A DNA stretch of 45,532 bases from sequence record DRR723986_8415; one strand, given 5' to 3'. The first letter of the stretch is position 1. Every line of letters begins with the position of its first letter. A program made the position numbers and the translations under genes. The notes under the pieces are model-generated. The model was not told where the DNA came from. It worked only from the letters and a program-made list of their open reading frames with translations, and searched no databases. This document shows, piece by piece, positions 1 to 10,208 of this stretch.

Positions 1-36
1 GCGTGGTTGGCTGAGTACGACCTGAAAAGTTCTTAG
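1..36 (+). CDS. 3' end of an upstream gene (AWLAEYDLKSS*), probably the sugar ABC transporter substrate-binding protein
   Basis: Frame 1 is open from base 1 to TAG at 34-36 and lies directly upstream of the permease and ATPase. Product identity is inferred from operon context only. Confidence 0.35.
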   Translation, partial: AWLAEYDLKSS

Positions 37-91
37 TGCGGTTGGTGTCGGGCTCGGGTGTTTTGAATTGTTCGTTCAGTGAGTAGGCAAG

Positions 92-1294
92 TTGAATCAA
101 CCAAGAAGTCTCTTCGCTCGAACAATTGGAAGCGTTGAATTTAAGCTCATTGTTGCTTGGTTTGTCGTCGTGGTTGCGACTGTGCTGCTCGATCCGAGCA
201 ACACCTACCGCGACAATACCGGCAGTGCAGCGCAGCTTATCATTCGAAACACCGTGTTCCTCGGCTACTTTGCTGTCGGCAGCGCTGTCATCATCATTTC
301 AGGCGGGATTGATCTCTCCAGCGGGTCGGTCATTGCGTTAAGTGCGACTGTATTCAGTAGCCTGCTGATGGTTCTGGACCCCGAGGGTTTCAAGGCAGGA
401 GAGATCCAGACATGGGTCGTCTGCGTCTCCATCGCGGGCACTCTGGTGACCGGCGCGATGGTCGGCACCTTGAACGCATGGTTAATCACATCTGTCGGTC
501 TGCCACCCTTCATCGCAACTCTTGCGACAATGGTGGGCCTGAGGAGTTTTGGTCGCGGTTTGATATTGAGCGTGACGGGCAATCGTTCCCAAATTGACTT
601 TCCTGACTTGGGCTTGAGAGACGCTCTGAAGGACTTGACGACCGTCTCTATCATTTTTCTCGTTCTTGCCGTTCTGCTGTGGCTGCTGATGAGTCGTACA
701 GTGATCGGCAGACACTTGCACGCGATGGGCGGTAACGAGCAGGCGGCGAAACTGAGTGGAATTCGAACGGACCGACTAAAGTGGCTCGCCTATGTCATCG
801 GCAGCGTTTCCGCATCCATGATTGGCATCATTTACTTTGCAGATCAAGGCTCGGCAAAACCAGACATCTTGGCGAGAGGCTACGAGTTAAATGCGATTGC
901 AGCCTCCGTTATTGGCGGCTGTGCACTCACTGGAGGCGTTGGCACAATCCCCGGAACTGTGCTCGGGTGCTTGTTCTTGCGTACCGTCATTGATGCGGTA
1001 AACAAAATTGTTGGTACCGGTGCGGACGTTTACGAAGGAATGATTGTCGGCATCGTGGTTGTGCTGGCTGTCACGTTCAGCCAACGGGATGCGGCCGCGA
1101 TCAAGCGACCTTTCTTCGCATCCAATATCGGCTGGGCAAGTGTTCCGATACTCGGACTGCTAGCGGGACTGTCGTTCATGCTATTCTTCCGTGAAAAAGA
1201 GTGGTTCATCGGCTGGCACGCAATCGTTTTTGGTTTGATCACGACCGCGATCCTCAGTTGCAGAGGCTTGCTCGAACTAAGGCGAGCGAAATAG
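92..1294 (+). CDS. Ribose/xylose-type (RbsC family) sugar ABC transporter permease
   Basis: IISGGIDLSSGS, GLPPFIATL, GGNEQAAKLSGI, GYELNAIAASVIGG motifs; polytopic membrane protein; TTG start. Confidence 0.92.
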   Translation: MNQPRSLFARTIGSVEFKLIVAWFVVVVATVLLDPSNTYRDNTGSAAQLIIRNTVFLGYFAVGSAVIIISGGIDLSSGSVIALSATVFSSLLMVLDPEGFKAGEIQTWVVCVSIAGTLVTGAMVGTLNAWLITSVGLPPFIATLATMVGLRSFGRGLILSVTGNRSQIDFPDLGLRDALKDLTTVSIIFLVLAVLLWLLMSRTVIGRHLHAMGGNEQAAKLSGIRTDRLKWLAYVIGSVSASMIGIIYFADQGSAKPDILARGYELNAIAASVIGGCALTGGVGTIPGTVLGCLFLRTVIDAVNKIVGTGADVYEGMIVGIVVVLAVTFSQRDAAAIKRPFFASNIGWASVPILGLLAGLSFMLFFREKEWFIGWHAIVFGLITTAILSCRGLLELRRAK

Positions 1295-1334
1295 GCCGCT
1301 TGCCGTTTCAAAGTTGTTTCCTAAGGCTCGAGCC

Positions 1335-2879
1335 ATGACCGACGACACGCAGTCAGCTTCCGCTCCGGCAATCAAGATTGCTGGAGTTGGAAAACGCTTC
1401 GCCGCAGTGCAGGCTTTGGATGGGGTTTCGTGTGAGGTCGCAAAAGGCGAACTTCATGCGGTCATGGGAGAGAATGGCGCGGGCAAGAGTACTCTAATGA
1501 AGATCCTCAGCGGAGTGATCACGGAGTACGATGGGCAGCTAAAAGTGGACGGCCAGCCGGCGCGGTTTCGCGGTACTCGAGACGCCGAATCCGCTGGTAT
1601 CAGCATTATCCATCAAGAGCTGAACTTGGTTGAAGAACTAAGCGTTTCAGCGAACATCTTCCTAGGCCGCGAGAAGTGCGGCGTCTTAGGAATGCTTGAT
1701 CATCGATCGATGGACCAAGAGGCGTCACAACTGCTGAAGCAACTCGATTCCGATATTCGGCCCACTGAGAGAGTGGGCTCCTTGCGCGTGGGCGACCAAC
1801 AGCTTATTGAAATTGCCAAATCGCTGTCGCTGGACACTTCCATCTTGATCATGGACGAACCGACTAGCGCGCTGACGGAAGCAGAGGTGGAGAGGCTGTA
1901 CGGAGTGATAGATTCGCTCCGCCAACGTGGCGTCACGATTCTTTACATCTCCCACAAAATGGACGAAGTCTTTCGGCTTTCGGATCGAATCACGGTCCTG
2001 CGTGATGGAAAGTTCGTGCGGACCATCGACACGAAGGAAACAAATGCCAAAGAAATCGCACACTTGATGGTCGGGCGCGAGATCAGCGAGCCTGCTCCCA
2101 GGGCGGAAAAGCTCAACAACGACGTAGCGCTCCGAGTAAAAGAGTTGTCGTTGCCTTGGCCCGGCCACTCGAAGCAATGGCGGCTTCAGAATGTCAGTTT
2201 CGATCTGCACCAAGGGGAGATCCTTGGAATAGCGGGCCTGATGGGCGCTGGTCGGACTGAGCTGCTGGAATGTTTGTACGGAGCAAGTGATGCCCGTCCC
2301 TCAGGGCAAATTGAACTATCCGGTGAGGCGGTAGCGTTCGGTCATCCTTCGGACGCGGTAGCTGCCGGAATCGCAATGGTAACCGAGGATCGCAAACGAC
2401 TTGGGCTGTTTCCGCACTTGAGCGTGCGAGGCAATATTACGATTTGCTCGCTCAAAGAGTTGGCCACCCTCGGTGTTGTCTCAAACGCATCAGAACGCGA
2501 GGCTGCTTCGGAACAAGCGAAGCGTCTGCGAGTGAAATCGGATGGAATCGAAGCCTCTATCAACTCTCTTAGCGGCGGAAACCAACAGAAATGCATCATT
2601 GGCCGGTGCATGATGACGCGACCAAAGATTCTCCTTCTCGACGATCCAACTCGCGGTGTCGATGTTGGAGCGAAAGCGGAACTGTACGAACTGATGGAGC
2701 AACTCGCCAGCGAAGGCATGGCGATCATCGTTACCAGTTCCGAATTGCCCGAGCTGCTGACGGTAAGTGACCGGATCCTAGTCTTGTGCGAGGGAGTCTT
2801 GACCGGCGAGTTTTCCCGCGCAGAAGCCACCGAGCAGAAGATCATGGAAGCCGCAACCATGCAGTCGGCAGCCGTTTAG
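1335..2879 (+). CDS. Sugar ABC transporter ATP-binding protein (RbsA family, two ATPase domains)
   Basis: Walker A GENGAGKST, ILIMDEPT, ISHKMDE, second-domain LSGGNQQK. ATG at 1335 preferred over TTG at 1314. Confidence 0.95.
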   Translation: MTDDTQSASAPAIKIAGVGKRFAAVQALDGVSCEVAKGELHAVMGENGAGKSTLMKILSGVITEYDGQLKVDGQPARFRGTRDAESAGISIIHQELNLVEELSVSANIFLGREKCGVLGMLDHRSMDQEASQLLKQLDSDIRPTERVGSLRVGDQQLIEIAKSLSLDTSILIMDEPTSALTEAEVERLYGVIDSLRQRGVTILYISHKMDEVFRLSDRITVLRDGKFVRTIDTKETNAKEIAHLMVGREISEPAPRAEKLNNDVALRVKELSLPWPGHSKQWRLQNVSFDLHQGEILGIAGLMGAGRTELLECLYGASDARPSGQIELSGEAVAFGHPSDAVAAGIAMVTEDRKRLGLFPHLSVRGNITICSLKELATLGVVSNASEREAASEQAKRLRVKSDGIEASINSLSGGNQQKCIIGRCMMTRPKILLLDDPTRGVDVGAKAELYELMEQLASEGMAIIVTSSELPELLTVSDRILVLCEGVLTGEFSRAEATEQKIMEAATMQSAAV

Positions 2880-2932
2880 CTTACACGCCAAGCCGCGTCT
2901 CTCTACGAGTCATCAACGGGCCAAGGCGAGCA

Positions 2933-3823
2933 CTATAATGCACCGTTTAAGTCAGCGGTCATTTCTTCGGCGGCTTGCCGAACTGCGTCCTGCCAAGCAG
3001 ACTCGTTGCTGGATTTTTGATACGCGAAAATGATTCCGCGCGAGCTGTTGACAATGGCTCCAAGTCCTGAGCTGTCGAAACCTCTGGCGACATCTTTTGC
3101 ACTACCACCTTGCGCGCCGTAGCCAGGAATCAGCAACCAGGCGTTGGGCATTTTTTCGCGAAGTTCAGAGAGTTGTTCTGGGTAGGTCGCGCCAACTACT
3201 GCACCAACGCTGCCATAGCCTCCACTTTCACCGGTTGTTCTTGCAGCCATCTCTTGAACTGTAGCTGCGATCTTCGAGTAAATGGATTGTCCATCAACGA
3301 CCAAGTCCTGAAGATAGCCACTGCCCGGATTGGAAGTCTTGACCAATACAAAAATGCCACTCGATGTCTGTTCTGCGCGGTTTGTAAATGGTTCGATGGT
3401 GTCATCGCCAAGGTATGGATTCACTGTCAGAGCATCACACTTCCACGGGCTTTCATCGCCCAAGTATGCCGCTGCGTAACCCTCAGCCGTACTGCCAATA
3501 TCACCACGTTTTCCGTCGAGTAGGACGAGCAGACCACTTTGCCGGGCGTGCTGGATTACTCCATCGAGTGCGACCAATCCCGAAGGGCCGAGGTTTTCGA
3601 AAAACGCGGCCTGCGGCTTTACAATTGGCACCAAGTCAGCAACGGCATCGATTACTTCTTTGCAATATTCGCAAGTAGCCTTTGCAACGGCAGGCAAGTC
3701 CGATGCGGAGACACCATCGGTCATTGAGGCGGGCAGGCTGGACCAGCGTGGATCGAGGCCGACGCAGACCGCGGATTTCTTGGCCGATACAGCATTAGCG
3801 AGACGTTGACCAAAGCAATGCAT
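2933..3823 (-). CDS. pyrF: Orotidine-5'-phosphate decarboxylase (subfamily 2)
   Basis: CVGLDP, KPQAAFFE, DGKRGDIGST, KTSNPGS, GAVVGAT, PGYGAQGG, NSSRGI; AGGA upstream of TTG/ATG. Confidence 0.95.
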   Translation of the reverse strand: MHCFGQRLANAVSAKKSAVCVGLDPRWSSLPASMTDGVSASDLPAVAKATCEYCKEVIDAVADLVPIVKPQAAFFENLGPSGLVALDGVIQHARQSGLLVLLDGKRGDIGSTAEGYAAAYLGDESPWKCDALTVNPYLGDDTIEPFTNRAEQTSSGIFVLVKTSNPGSGYLQDLVVDGQSIYSKIAATVQEMAARTTGESGGYGSVGAVVGATYPEQLSELREKMPNAWLLIPGYGAQGGSAKDVARGFDSSGLGAIVNSSRGIIFAYQKSSNESAWQDAVRQAAEEMTADLNGAL

Positions 3824-3874
3824 CAATATTTCCTGGATGAGTTGAATGGGATCTTCATGAAGAGTTGTAGACCA

Positions 3875-4957
3875 TTATTCCGGCAACGTCCGCGTCTTAC
3901 CAGGTACGACTGGCTGGCCAGTTTCTGCGCTCTCAATTGCGGCGAAGCAAAGTGCCAGGCTTTCCAGGTTATCCGATGCACGGATTGCACATTCGCGATT
4001 CTGTTCGATTGAACACAGTAATTCACCCATAGTTCCCAAGAAGCCGTCTGGAAACCACTTGCCTTCAAGCTTTGGGTGCCAAGAACCAAGTTCGTTCGTC
4101 AGGCGTACACTTTGATCTTGGTTGCCACTACCTGTACTGTGAAGTGATGCTTTCGTGCCGGCAACGTAGGTTTCTTCGAGTGGCCCGTGTGGCACGGCAG
4201 CATCGAAACTTAACGTGGACTGCGCTTCGGCGAACTCGATCAGCACTTGGCCAAGCATGTCCGGCATTAGCTCTTGTCCGGGAACGCGGGCCGTGGAAGC
4301 AAAAACGCGCTCGGCCTTCGCACCTCGAAGTAGGCAGCGAACCATGTCAAACCAGTGAATGGCATAGTCGTACAAAACAAGGTGTTTGATGTTCTCAAAT
4401 GGTGTGCCCGCAACCCATGTGTGGTCCCAGTGGCATCCCATGTGAACCGCGAAGACATCGCCCATCAGGCCGCTTTCAACAGCGACACGAGCGTAACTGA
4501 AATGAGGTGCCCAGCGACCGTTCTGATTTACAGCGAGAGTTCGCCCCTTTTGTTTCGCCAATGCAACCAGTCGTTCACCCTCGTCAAGATCCAGGACGAA
4601 TGGCTTTTGACTGAGAACGTGTTTTCCGGCCTCAAGAGCATCGGCGATGATCGGCGGTCGAACAGGTGGATGCGTCGTGATGTCGACGACTTCAATCTCG
4701 TTCAAATCCAAGAGTGCTCGGTAGTCGCTGAAGACTTTGGCATCCGGATAGAACTCATCTGCCCTAGCCTGAGCACGCGACTCATCGACATCGCAGACTG
4801 CCGTCACTCGTAGCCCAGCATCTTTGTAAGCTCGTAGGTGATGTTCTGTAATCCCACCGCAGCCAATCAAACCAATCGCCGGTGAATAGTCTTCTGGAAG
4901 AGTTGGCCGGTAATTCAACTGCGCTAGGTCGTTAACGGATTGCATGGGCGCTTCCAC
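3875..4957 (-). CDS. Gfo/Idh/MocA family oxidoreductase
   Basis: IGLIGCGGI Rossmann motif, GKHVLSQKP, DYAIHWFD. Start could be the ATG at 4945. Confidence 0.9.
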   Translation of the reverse strand: MEAPMQSVNDLAQLNYRPTLPEDYSPAIGLIGCGGITEHHLRAYKDAGLRVTAVCDVDESRAQARADEFYPDAKVFSDYRALLDLNEIEVVDITTHPPVRPPIIADALEAGKHVLSQKPFVLDLDEGERLVALAKQKGRTLAVNQNGRWAPHFSYARVAVESGLMGDVFAVHMGCHWDHTWVAGTPFENIKHLVLYDYAIHWFDMVRCLLRGAKAERVFASTARVPGQELMPDMLGQVLIEFAEAQSTLSFDAAVPHGPLEETYVAGTKASLHSTGSGNQDQSVRLTNELGSWHPKLEGKWFPDGFLGTMGELLCSIEQNRECAIRASDNLESLALCFAAIESAETGQPVVPGKTRTLPE

Positions 4958-5132
4958 TGCACGAAGGAGGTGGTCATCTAGTCAAAGCGGTATCGAAACG
5001 TACTCGGTCGCCAAAGTCGGTTCAGAGCCATTGGTTTGGCTTGCACATACGCACTAATCGACGAAACATCGGCCGCGAAACTCCGGCATCAGGATTGCCC
5101 TTGTCCCGCAGCATGAGCCAGCGACGCGCCGC

Positions 5133-5141
5133 ATTTTAGCA
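5133..5141 (-). promoter_or_regulatory. Candidate extended -10 promoter (TG-C-TAAAAT) for the Gfo/pyrF genes
   Basis: Minus strand reads TGCTAAAAT in the intergenic region about 180 nt upstream of the Gfo gene. Confidence 0.35.
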
Positions 5142-5271
5142 GCCTCGTTTGAATCACCGAAGCAGTGGTGCAATCATGGACAAGGAACGGCTTGCCCTGA
5201 CGGTTCGCACAGCTAGACAAGGCAGGTTGAAGGGCTAGAGATAGTGTTGCCCTAGAGTTGCTGCGGAGGCC

Positions 5272-5583
5272 CTAGTAGCTTCCGTCAAGCATGATGACAT
5301 CTGAGGGAGACTCGAATCCCTGATCAAAACCATCATCATAGTAGACTTCACCGGATTCAATGATGGTCGAATCCTGGTAGACCTCGCCCGATTCCATCGA
5401 CTCGCCAGCGGTGTAGCCAACGTCGCTGAGCGTTGAACCAACGCGGCCATTGGTCGGATCGGAACGCTGCCATTTTCCGCCTACGGCTCCGTAGTCATCC
5501 AGGTAGCCCGGTGGGCAGAGCGAGCAACCAGAGAATGCGATCATCGAAAAGGCAGTTATGATGGCGAATGCGACGCGTTTCAT
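5272..5583 (-). CDS. Small acidic hypothetical lipoprotein
   Basis: MKR + hydrophobic stretch + FSGC lipobox; acidic Gly/Ser/Tyr-rich low-complexity tail; AGGA upstream. Confidence 0.75.
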   Translation of the reverse strand: MKRVAFAIITAFSMIAFSGCSLCPPGYLDDYGAVGGKWQRSDPTNGRVGSTLSDVGYTAGESMESGEVYQDSTIIESGEVYYDDGFDQGFESPSDVIMLDGSY

Positions 5584-5839
5584 TGCTTGGATCCTAACCG
5601 ACGACTATCGAGACGGGCCCGCTAGCAAACGCCGCGCCCCCCTACCAGTCCACCAACGAATGGCTGAACTGTGGCACGGCGTTTGGGACCAAGTTGCATT
5701 GGTCCTGTGGGCACAGACGTTTTATCGAAACCTAGCGAGCCGAATCGCCAGTTAAACTTTGACGATTAGGCAGAGTTTTCGGTCTTTGTCGGCTGGGCTT
5801 TCAGAGTGAGCGGCTAGGAGTAGCTTCTCAGATAAGTGC

Positions 5840-7120
5840 CTATGCGACTCGCAGGATCGCGTACTTTCGTTTGCCGCTGCGTACGACGATAACAGATTCG
5901 CTCGCCAAATCGGCACTGCTTAGTTTGTGGCTTGGATCCTCAACACGTCGATTGTTGACGTAAGCTCCGCCACCTTCGATTGTTCGCCGCGCTTCGCCCT
6001 TGCTCTTTGCCAGACCGACTCGGACGAAGGCGTCTGTTATCAGGAAACCCTCCGAAAGTTCATCTTTCGTGATTTCGCCACTCGGTACGTCGGTGAAGAT
6101 CTCCGACAACTGGGAATCAGTCAGATCCGAGATTTCAGCGCCGAAGAATATTTCTGTGGCACGCTCAGCACTCCGTAGGCCATCGTCGCCGTGGATAAAC
6201 TGCGTCAGCCAGCTCGCCAACCGTCGCTGAGCGGTTCGCTTGTGAGGCTCATCGCTTGTCGCCTGCTCGAGCGCATTGCATTCCTCTTCATCGATTTCGG
6301 TCAAGAATCGAACGCACTTCATGACATCGTTGTCGTCGGTGTTGATCCAGTATTGGTAGAACGCGTACGGGCTGGTTCGATTTGCATCCAGCCAAACGGC
6401 TCCATTGGCCGTCTTGCCCATTTTCTTTCCATCACTGGTCAGTAGCAGTGGGCAGGTTAAAGCGTGAAGATGCGAAGAGTGCATTCGGCGAGCGAGGTCG
6501 ATCCCTGCGGTGATGTTGCCCCACTGATCACTACCGCCAACCTGGAGAGTGCAATTGAATTCCTGGCTCAGATGCACGAAGTCGTATGCTTGCAGAAGCA
6601 TGTAGCTGAATTCGGTGTAGCTCAAGCCCGAGTCTTCTCTGCCGAGGCGACTCTTTACCGAGTCCTTCGCAAGCATGACATTGACGGGGAAGTTCTTACC
6701 AACATCGCGCAAGAAATCGATATAGCTCCAGGACTCCATCCAGTCGTAGTTGTTTACGATTGTCGCAGCGCTGTCGCCATCGAAATCCAGGAATCGCCCC
6801 ATCTGTTCCTTCAAGCCAGCAACATTCTCAGCAAGCACTTCTGGCGAAAGGAGTACACGTTCTTCGCTCTTACCGCTTGGGTCGCCGATCATGCCCGTCG
6901 CGCCACCGACGAGAGCGATCGGCTTGTGGCCCGCCAACTGGAAACGGCGAAGGATCATCAATGGAAGGAGGCTGCCGCAGTGTAGGCTTGAAGCGGTTGG
7001 ATCGAAGCCAACGTAAACAACTTGCGGTGTCTCGAGCAGCTTCTTGAGCTCGTCAACGTCAGTGTGTTGATTGATCAGGCCTCGCCACTGAAGTTCGCCA
7101 AAAATATCGCCCGGTTTCAT
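5840..7120 (-). CDS. tyrS: Tyrosine--tRNA ligase
   Basis: YVGFDPTASSLHCGS (HIGH-like), QVGGSDQWGNI, KMGKT (KMSKS-like), C-terminal S4 domain. Confidence 0.97.
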   Translation of the reverse strand: MKPGDIFGELQWRGLINQHTDVDELKKLLETPQVVYVGFDPTASSLHCGSLLPLMILRRFQLAGHKPIALVGGATGMIGDPSGKSEERVLLSPEVLAENVAGLKEQMGRFLDFDGDSAATIVNNYDWMESWSYIDFLRDVGKNFPVNVMLAKDSVKSRLGREDSGLSYTEFSYMLLQAYDFVHLSQEFNCTLQVGGSDQWGNITAGIDLARRMHSSHLHALTCPLLLTSDGKKMGKTANGAVWLDANRTSPYAFYQYWINTDDNDVMKCVRFLTEIDEEECNALEQATSDEPHKRTAQRRLASWLTQFIHGDDGLRSAERATEIFFGAEISDLTDSQLSEIFTDVPSGEITKDELSEGFLITDAFVRVGLAKSKGEARRTIEGGGAYVNNRRVEDPSHKLSSADLASESVIVVRSGKRKYAILRVA

Positions 7121-7375
7121 ATCGCCAATTCTCTGTTCTGCGGAACTACTCGGTCAAATCGCTCTAGCCAGTCAAACGCTCGCTTTAGCGCTCGCGCGTT
7201 GAAGATTGAGCAAATTCTAAGCGGTCTGCCCAATCCGCATAGCAGGCTTACACCCGCCGCAGTTCACGTACACTGCCCGAGAGAACCGGCCTTCAGCCGT
7301 GACTGCCCTCTCCCCAATTTGCAGTGGTCGGACTTCGGCGTCGCGTTCGTTGGGTGACTGCGAGCTGATGTGGGG

Positions 7376-8068
7376 TCACTGGAAGAATGAGCGGACGAAT
7401 TGCATGTCGGCTTGGGTGGTCACCTTGATGTTCGTGGGGGCGTCCTCGACGACTTGGACACGATGCCCCAACGCCTCGACAATGGCGGCCTCATCGGTCG
7501 CTTGGCTGGGAGACGGGTGACTGGTGAATGCTTCACGCAACAACTCGACGGAGAAAACTTGAGGCGTCTGTGCCAGCCAAATGTGCTCACGAGGTATGGT
7601 CTCTTCGATCCAACCCTCCGAATCAGTGCGTTTGATCGTAGCGGCACATTTAACGGCCAGGATGGCGGCCTGTGATTGGCGAGCTGCATCGAAAACGCGA
7701 TGGATGGAATCGAGGGATAAACATGGGCGTGCACCGTCATGAACTGCCACGAAACGCACTTCGCCACTGAGGCTTGATAGCCCGTTGAGAACGCTGTCCG
7801 CTCGCTGTTGACCACCTTCGACAATTTGAACCGATAACTCGTTGAGGAGTTGGCCATAGGCGGTCGTGACATGGGCTCTGTCTTCAGGAGCTACAACCAG
7901 CTTGACTTCCCGAATGCCCGCTTCGCGAAACTTCTGCGCGGAATAGCTCCAGATCGGCCTACCGCCGACTTCCACAAAGACCTTCTTCGTCGATGAGTTA
8001 CCAAATCGAGTGCTCTTTCCTGCTGCCGCGATGATTGCTGCCACATCATTCAAATTCGGTGCGTCCAT
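7376..8068 (-). CDS. ispD: 2-C-methyl-D-erythritol 4-phosphate cytidylyltransferase
   Basis: AAAGKSTRF, GGQQRADSV, VHDGARP, AQTPQVF, NIKVTT. Confidence 0.95.
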   Translation of the reverse strand: MDAPNLNDVAAIIAAAGKSTRFGNSSTKKVFVEVGGRPIWSYSAQKFREAGIREVKLVVAPEDRAHVTTAYGQLLNELSVQIVEGGQQRADSVLNGLSSLSGEVRFVAVHDGARPCLSLDSIHRVFDAARQSQAAILAVKCAATIKRTDSEGWIEETIPREHIWLAQTPQVFSVELLREAFTSHPSPSQATDEAAIVEALGHRVQVVEDAPTNIKVTTQADMQFVRSFFQ

Positions 8069-8093
8069 CTGTCGTGGCTTTTCTCAACTTGGT

Positions 8094-8687
8094 TTAATCT
8101 TGATCCAGCGCGGTGGCCCGCAGGTTGATCGCCCGAACTTGTTTCAATGCCTCAGCCATGGCAGGAAAGTGCAAATCAACGTATCCCTGGTGTGCCGCAA
8201 CCGACCAGTCTTCGCTCGGTGGATCGCAGGACTTTAGCAAAACCAGCTCCGCATTGAAACGTGCTGCCAGCAAGGCAGCAATGGAATCTGTCGTCGTGTC
8301 CCAATTCTCCGGAAGCTGATTGTTCACCGGACTGTAAAAACTGCTGACGTCGACGATTGCTCTGCTTGCCGTTCGATCACGGAGGATCGATTCCAGTCGA
8401 GACAGATCGACAACCAGTTCCCACTCCGGCAACAACTGAGCCAGTAGTGCAGCCGAGACGGAAAGCAGTTCGACGCATCGCCAGTGAACTACATCCGCTT
8501 TGAAATGATGCACTTCGTCTAGATCGCGGATGGCATCGATCATCTTACCACCGCCGACGATTAGCAACTCATGATAAGCAGTATCATTTGGCTGTTCTTG
8601 AAGCACACGTTCGATTCGCGCCGTCAAATCTGGCAAGCCGAGCAGGCTACCGCCCAGTTTCCAAACTCGGCATGCAGGCTGTGCCAT
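8094..8687 (-). CDS. mfnE: Amino-acid-kinase family protein, MfnE/Orf21-like ([5-(aminomethyl)furan-3-yl]methyl phosphate kinase)
   Basis: VWKLGGSL, VGGGKMIDAIR, HW, LPENWDTTTDSIAA, LVLLKS, YVD match this family; lies near an mfnF-like gene. ATG at 8687 preferred. Confidence 0.72.
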   Translation of the reverse strand: MAQPACRVWKLGGSLLGLPDLTARIERVLQEQPNDTAYHELLIVGGGKMIDAIRDLDEVHHFKADVVHWRCVELLSVSAALLAQLLPEWELVVDLSRLESILRDRTASRAIVDVSSFYSPVNNQLPENWDTTTDSIAALLAARFNAELVLLKSCDPPSEDWSVAAHQGYVDLHFPAMAEALKQVRAINLRATALDQD

Positions 8688-8732
8688 CAATTTCGACCTT
8701 TGTCCACCTGAATGCAATTGCCAACGCAGCTA

Positions 8733-10208
8733 CTAACTGGCCTTTGCAATTCCTCGTAGAGCTGGGATAGCGACCAAGTGGGCTCCCAGTTGAATGCAGG
8801 CCAAGGTAAGAATAATAAGGTGGCCAATGAGAAACGCCAACGGGTTGTCGTTGTAGAACGTCAGTGGTGACGAGTGGGTTGCAAGAACAGAAACTAGCAT
8901 CCCCACAAAAGCGAGCGAAAGCGCGATATTCGCCGAAAAAGCCCATCGATGATTTGCAACGGTAAAGAATCCGAGGATGACGCAGGGGATTGTTGGAAAC
9001 GCCAAAATGAGCCCTACGTCGGCCGAAAGGGTCGAAAGGGGCGATGGGACCGAACGGGCGAGCCCAAACAGTTTAAGTGCAACGAGAAGAACCAGGGAAA
9101 CGCATAGCGCCCCTTGCATCCACAGCGCCAACATTCCTGCGTCTCGCACGCGGACCTTTTGCTCACACCATCGCTGCGCCATCTTTATCTTGCTCGGCCT
9201 CGGGACACAGACAGTCTCCTTGGATGCAAATGCTTGTAAGTCGTCATGCAGCCGAGCCGCTGATGGGTAGCGATCGTCAGGATCAAATTCCAAGCATCGT
9301 TGGCAGATTCGCTGCAATGGTTTGGGAACGTGACTGTGTTGCGTGTTCGTTGATCGACGGTTTGCCCGCATGTTGTCCATCATGGCAACAGCGGTTCGTC
9401 CCTCAAACGGTCGGACGCCGTAAAGCAGCTCGTGCATGACGACACCGAGCGAAAAGATGTCCGTCTGAGGCCCAATCTTGTGTTCTTGTCCAGCAAATTG
9501 CTCGGGTGCCATGTAGGACGGGGTGCCAAGGCCGGTGCTGGTGATCGTCTGGTTTCCTTCAAACTCCAGCACACGAGCCAAACCGAAATCCGTAAGCAGA
9601 GGATGCGTCGGCAAATTCAAGGCCGTTTCAACACAGTCGGCGACGCGATCGGCATCACTGCGAGAGTGTTCAAACACAATGTTCGCGGGCTTAATGTCCA
9701 GATGAACGATGTTGTTTTCGTGACACGTCGCGAGCGCACTTGCTAGTTGTCGTATAACATCCACGCACCAATTCACGTTGCTTCTCAAGCCGGCTCTATT
9801 GCTAAGGCAAGCGGCAAGATCGCCGCATGGCGCCCACTGGGAGACCATGAACCATTGACCGTTCCAGACTCCCCATTCGTAAACCTGAACTAGATTGCGA
9901 TGGGAGAGGCCAGCCATCAACCGAGCCTCTCTGATGAGGCGGTTGCGTGTTTCGATGTCCCGAGTCGCATCCGCACGAGGCATCTTGATCGCGACGCGGC
10001 GATACAAGTCCTGATCGATTGCTTCGAAGACGTCACCCATGCCGCCCTGCCCCACGTGCCGGAGCACTTCGAAACGTCCGATTTGCTTGGGCGATTCAAA
10101 ATTGGACGGAGTGTACTGCTGAGTTTCCGATGGATTGTCAGCGTCGAAGACCGTTGGTGGGCGACCACCGACGTTCACTTCAGAGCGTAATTTCTTAGTG
10201 TTGCCCAT
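8733..10208 (-). CDS. Hanks-type Ser/Thr protein kinase with about 4 C-terminal transmembrane helices
   Basis: GQGGMG, VAIK, HLDIKPAN, DFG, GTPSYMAPE, DIFSLG; hydrophobic C-terminus. Start uncertain (ATG 10208 or GTG 10295). Confidence 0.92.
   Translation of the reverse strand: MGNTKKLRSEVNVGGRPPTVFDADNPSETQQYTPSNFESPKQIGRFEVLRHVGQGGMGDVFEAIDQDLYRRVAIKMPRADATRDIETRNRLIREARLMAGLSHRNLVQVYEWGVWNGQWFMVSQWAPCGDLAACLSNRAGLRSNVNWCVDVIRQLASALATCHENNIVHLDIKPANIVFEHSRSDADRVADCVETALNLPTHPLLTDFGLARVLEFEGNQTITSTGLGTPSYMAPEQFAGQEHKIGPQTDIFSLGVVMHELLYGVRPFEGRTAVAMMDNMRANRRSTNTQHSHVPKPLQRICQRCLEFDPDDRYPSAARLHDDLQAFASKETVCVPRPSKIKMAQRWCEQKVRVRDAGMLALWMQGALCVSLVLLVALKLFGLARSVPSPLSTLSADVGLILAFPTIPCVILGFFTVANHRWAFSANIALSLAFVGMLVSVLATHSSPLTFYNDNPLAFLIGHLIILTLACIQLGAHLVAIPALRGIAKAS

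Noticed and set aside
5022-5114. 30-codon minus-strand uORF upstream of the Gfo gene
   Set aside because: No RBS, no biased residue content and no attenuator structure; expected by chance.
5840-7120. Functional link of tyrS (and the GGCT at 28225) to tyrosine/gamma-glutamyl-containing methanofuran
   Set aside because: tyrS is an ordinary housekeeping copy separated by 255 nt and the GGCT is over 16 kb from mfnF; only proximity supports the idea.
7121-7375. Possible T-box or attenuator upstream of tyrS
   Set aside because: I could not find a T-box consensus or a terminator with a U-tract.
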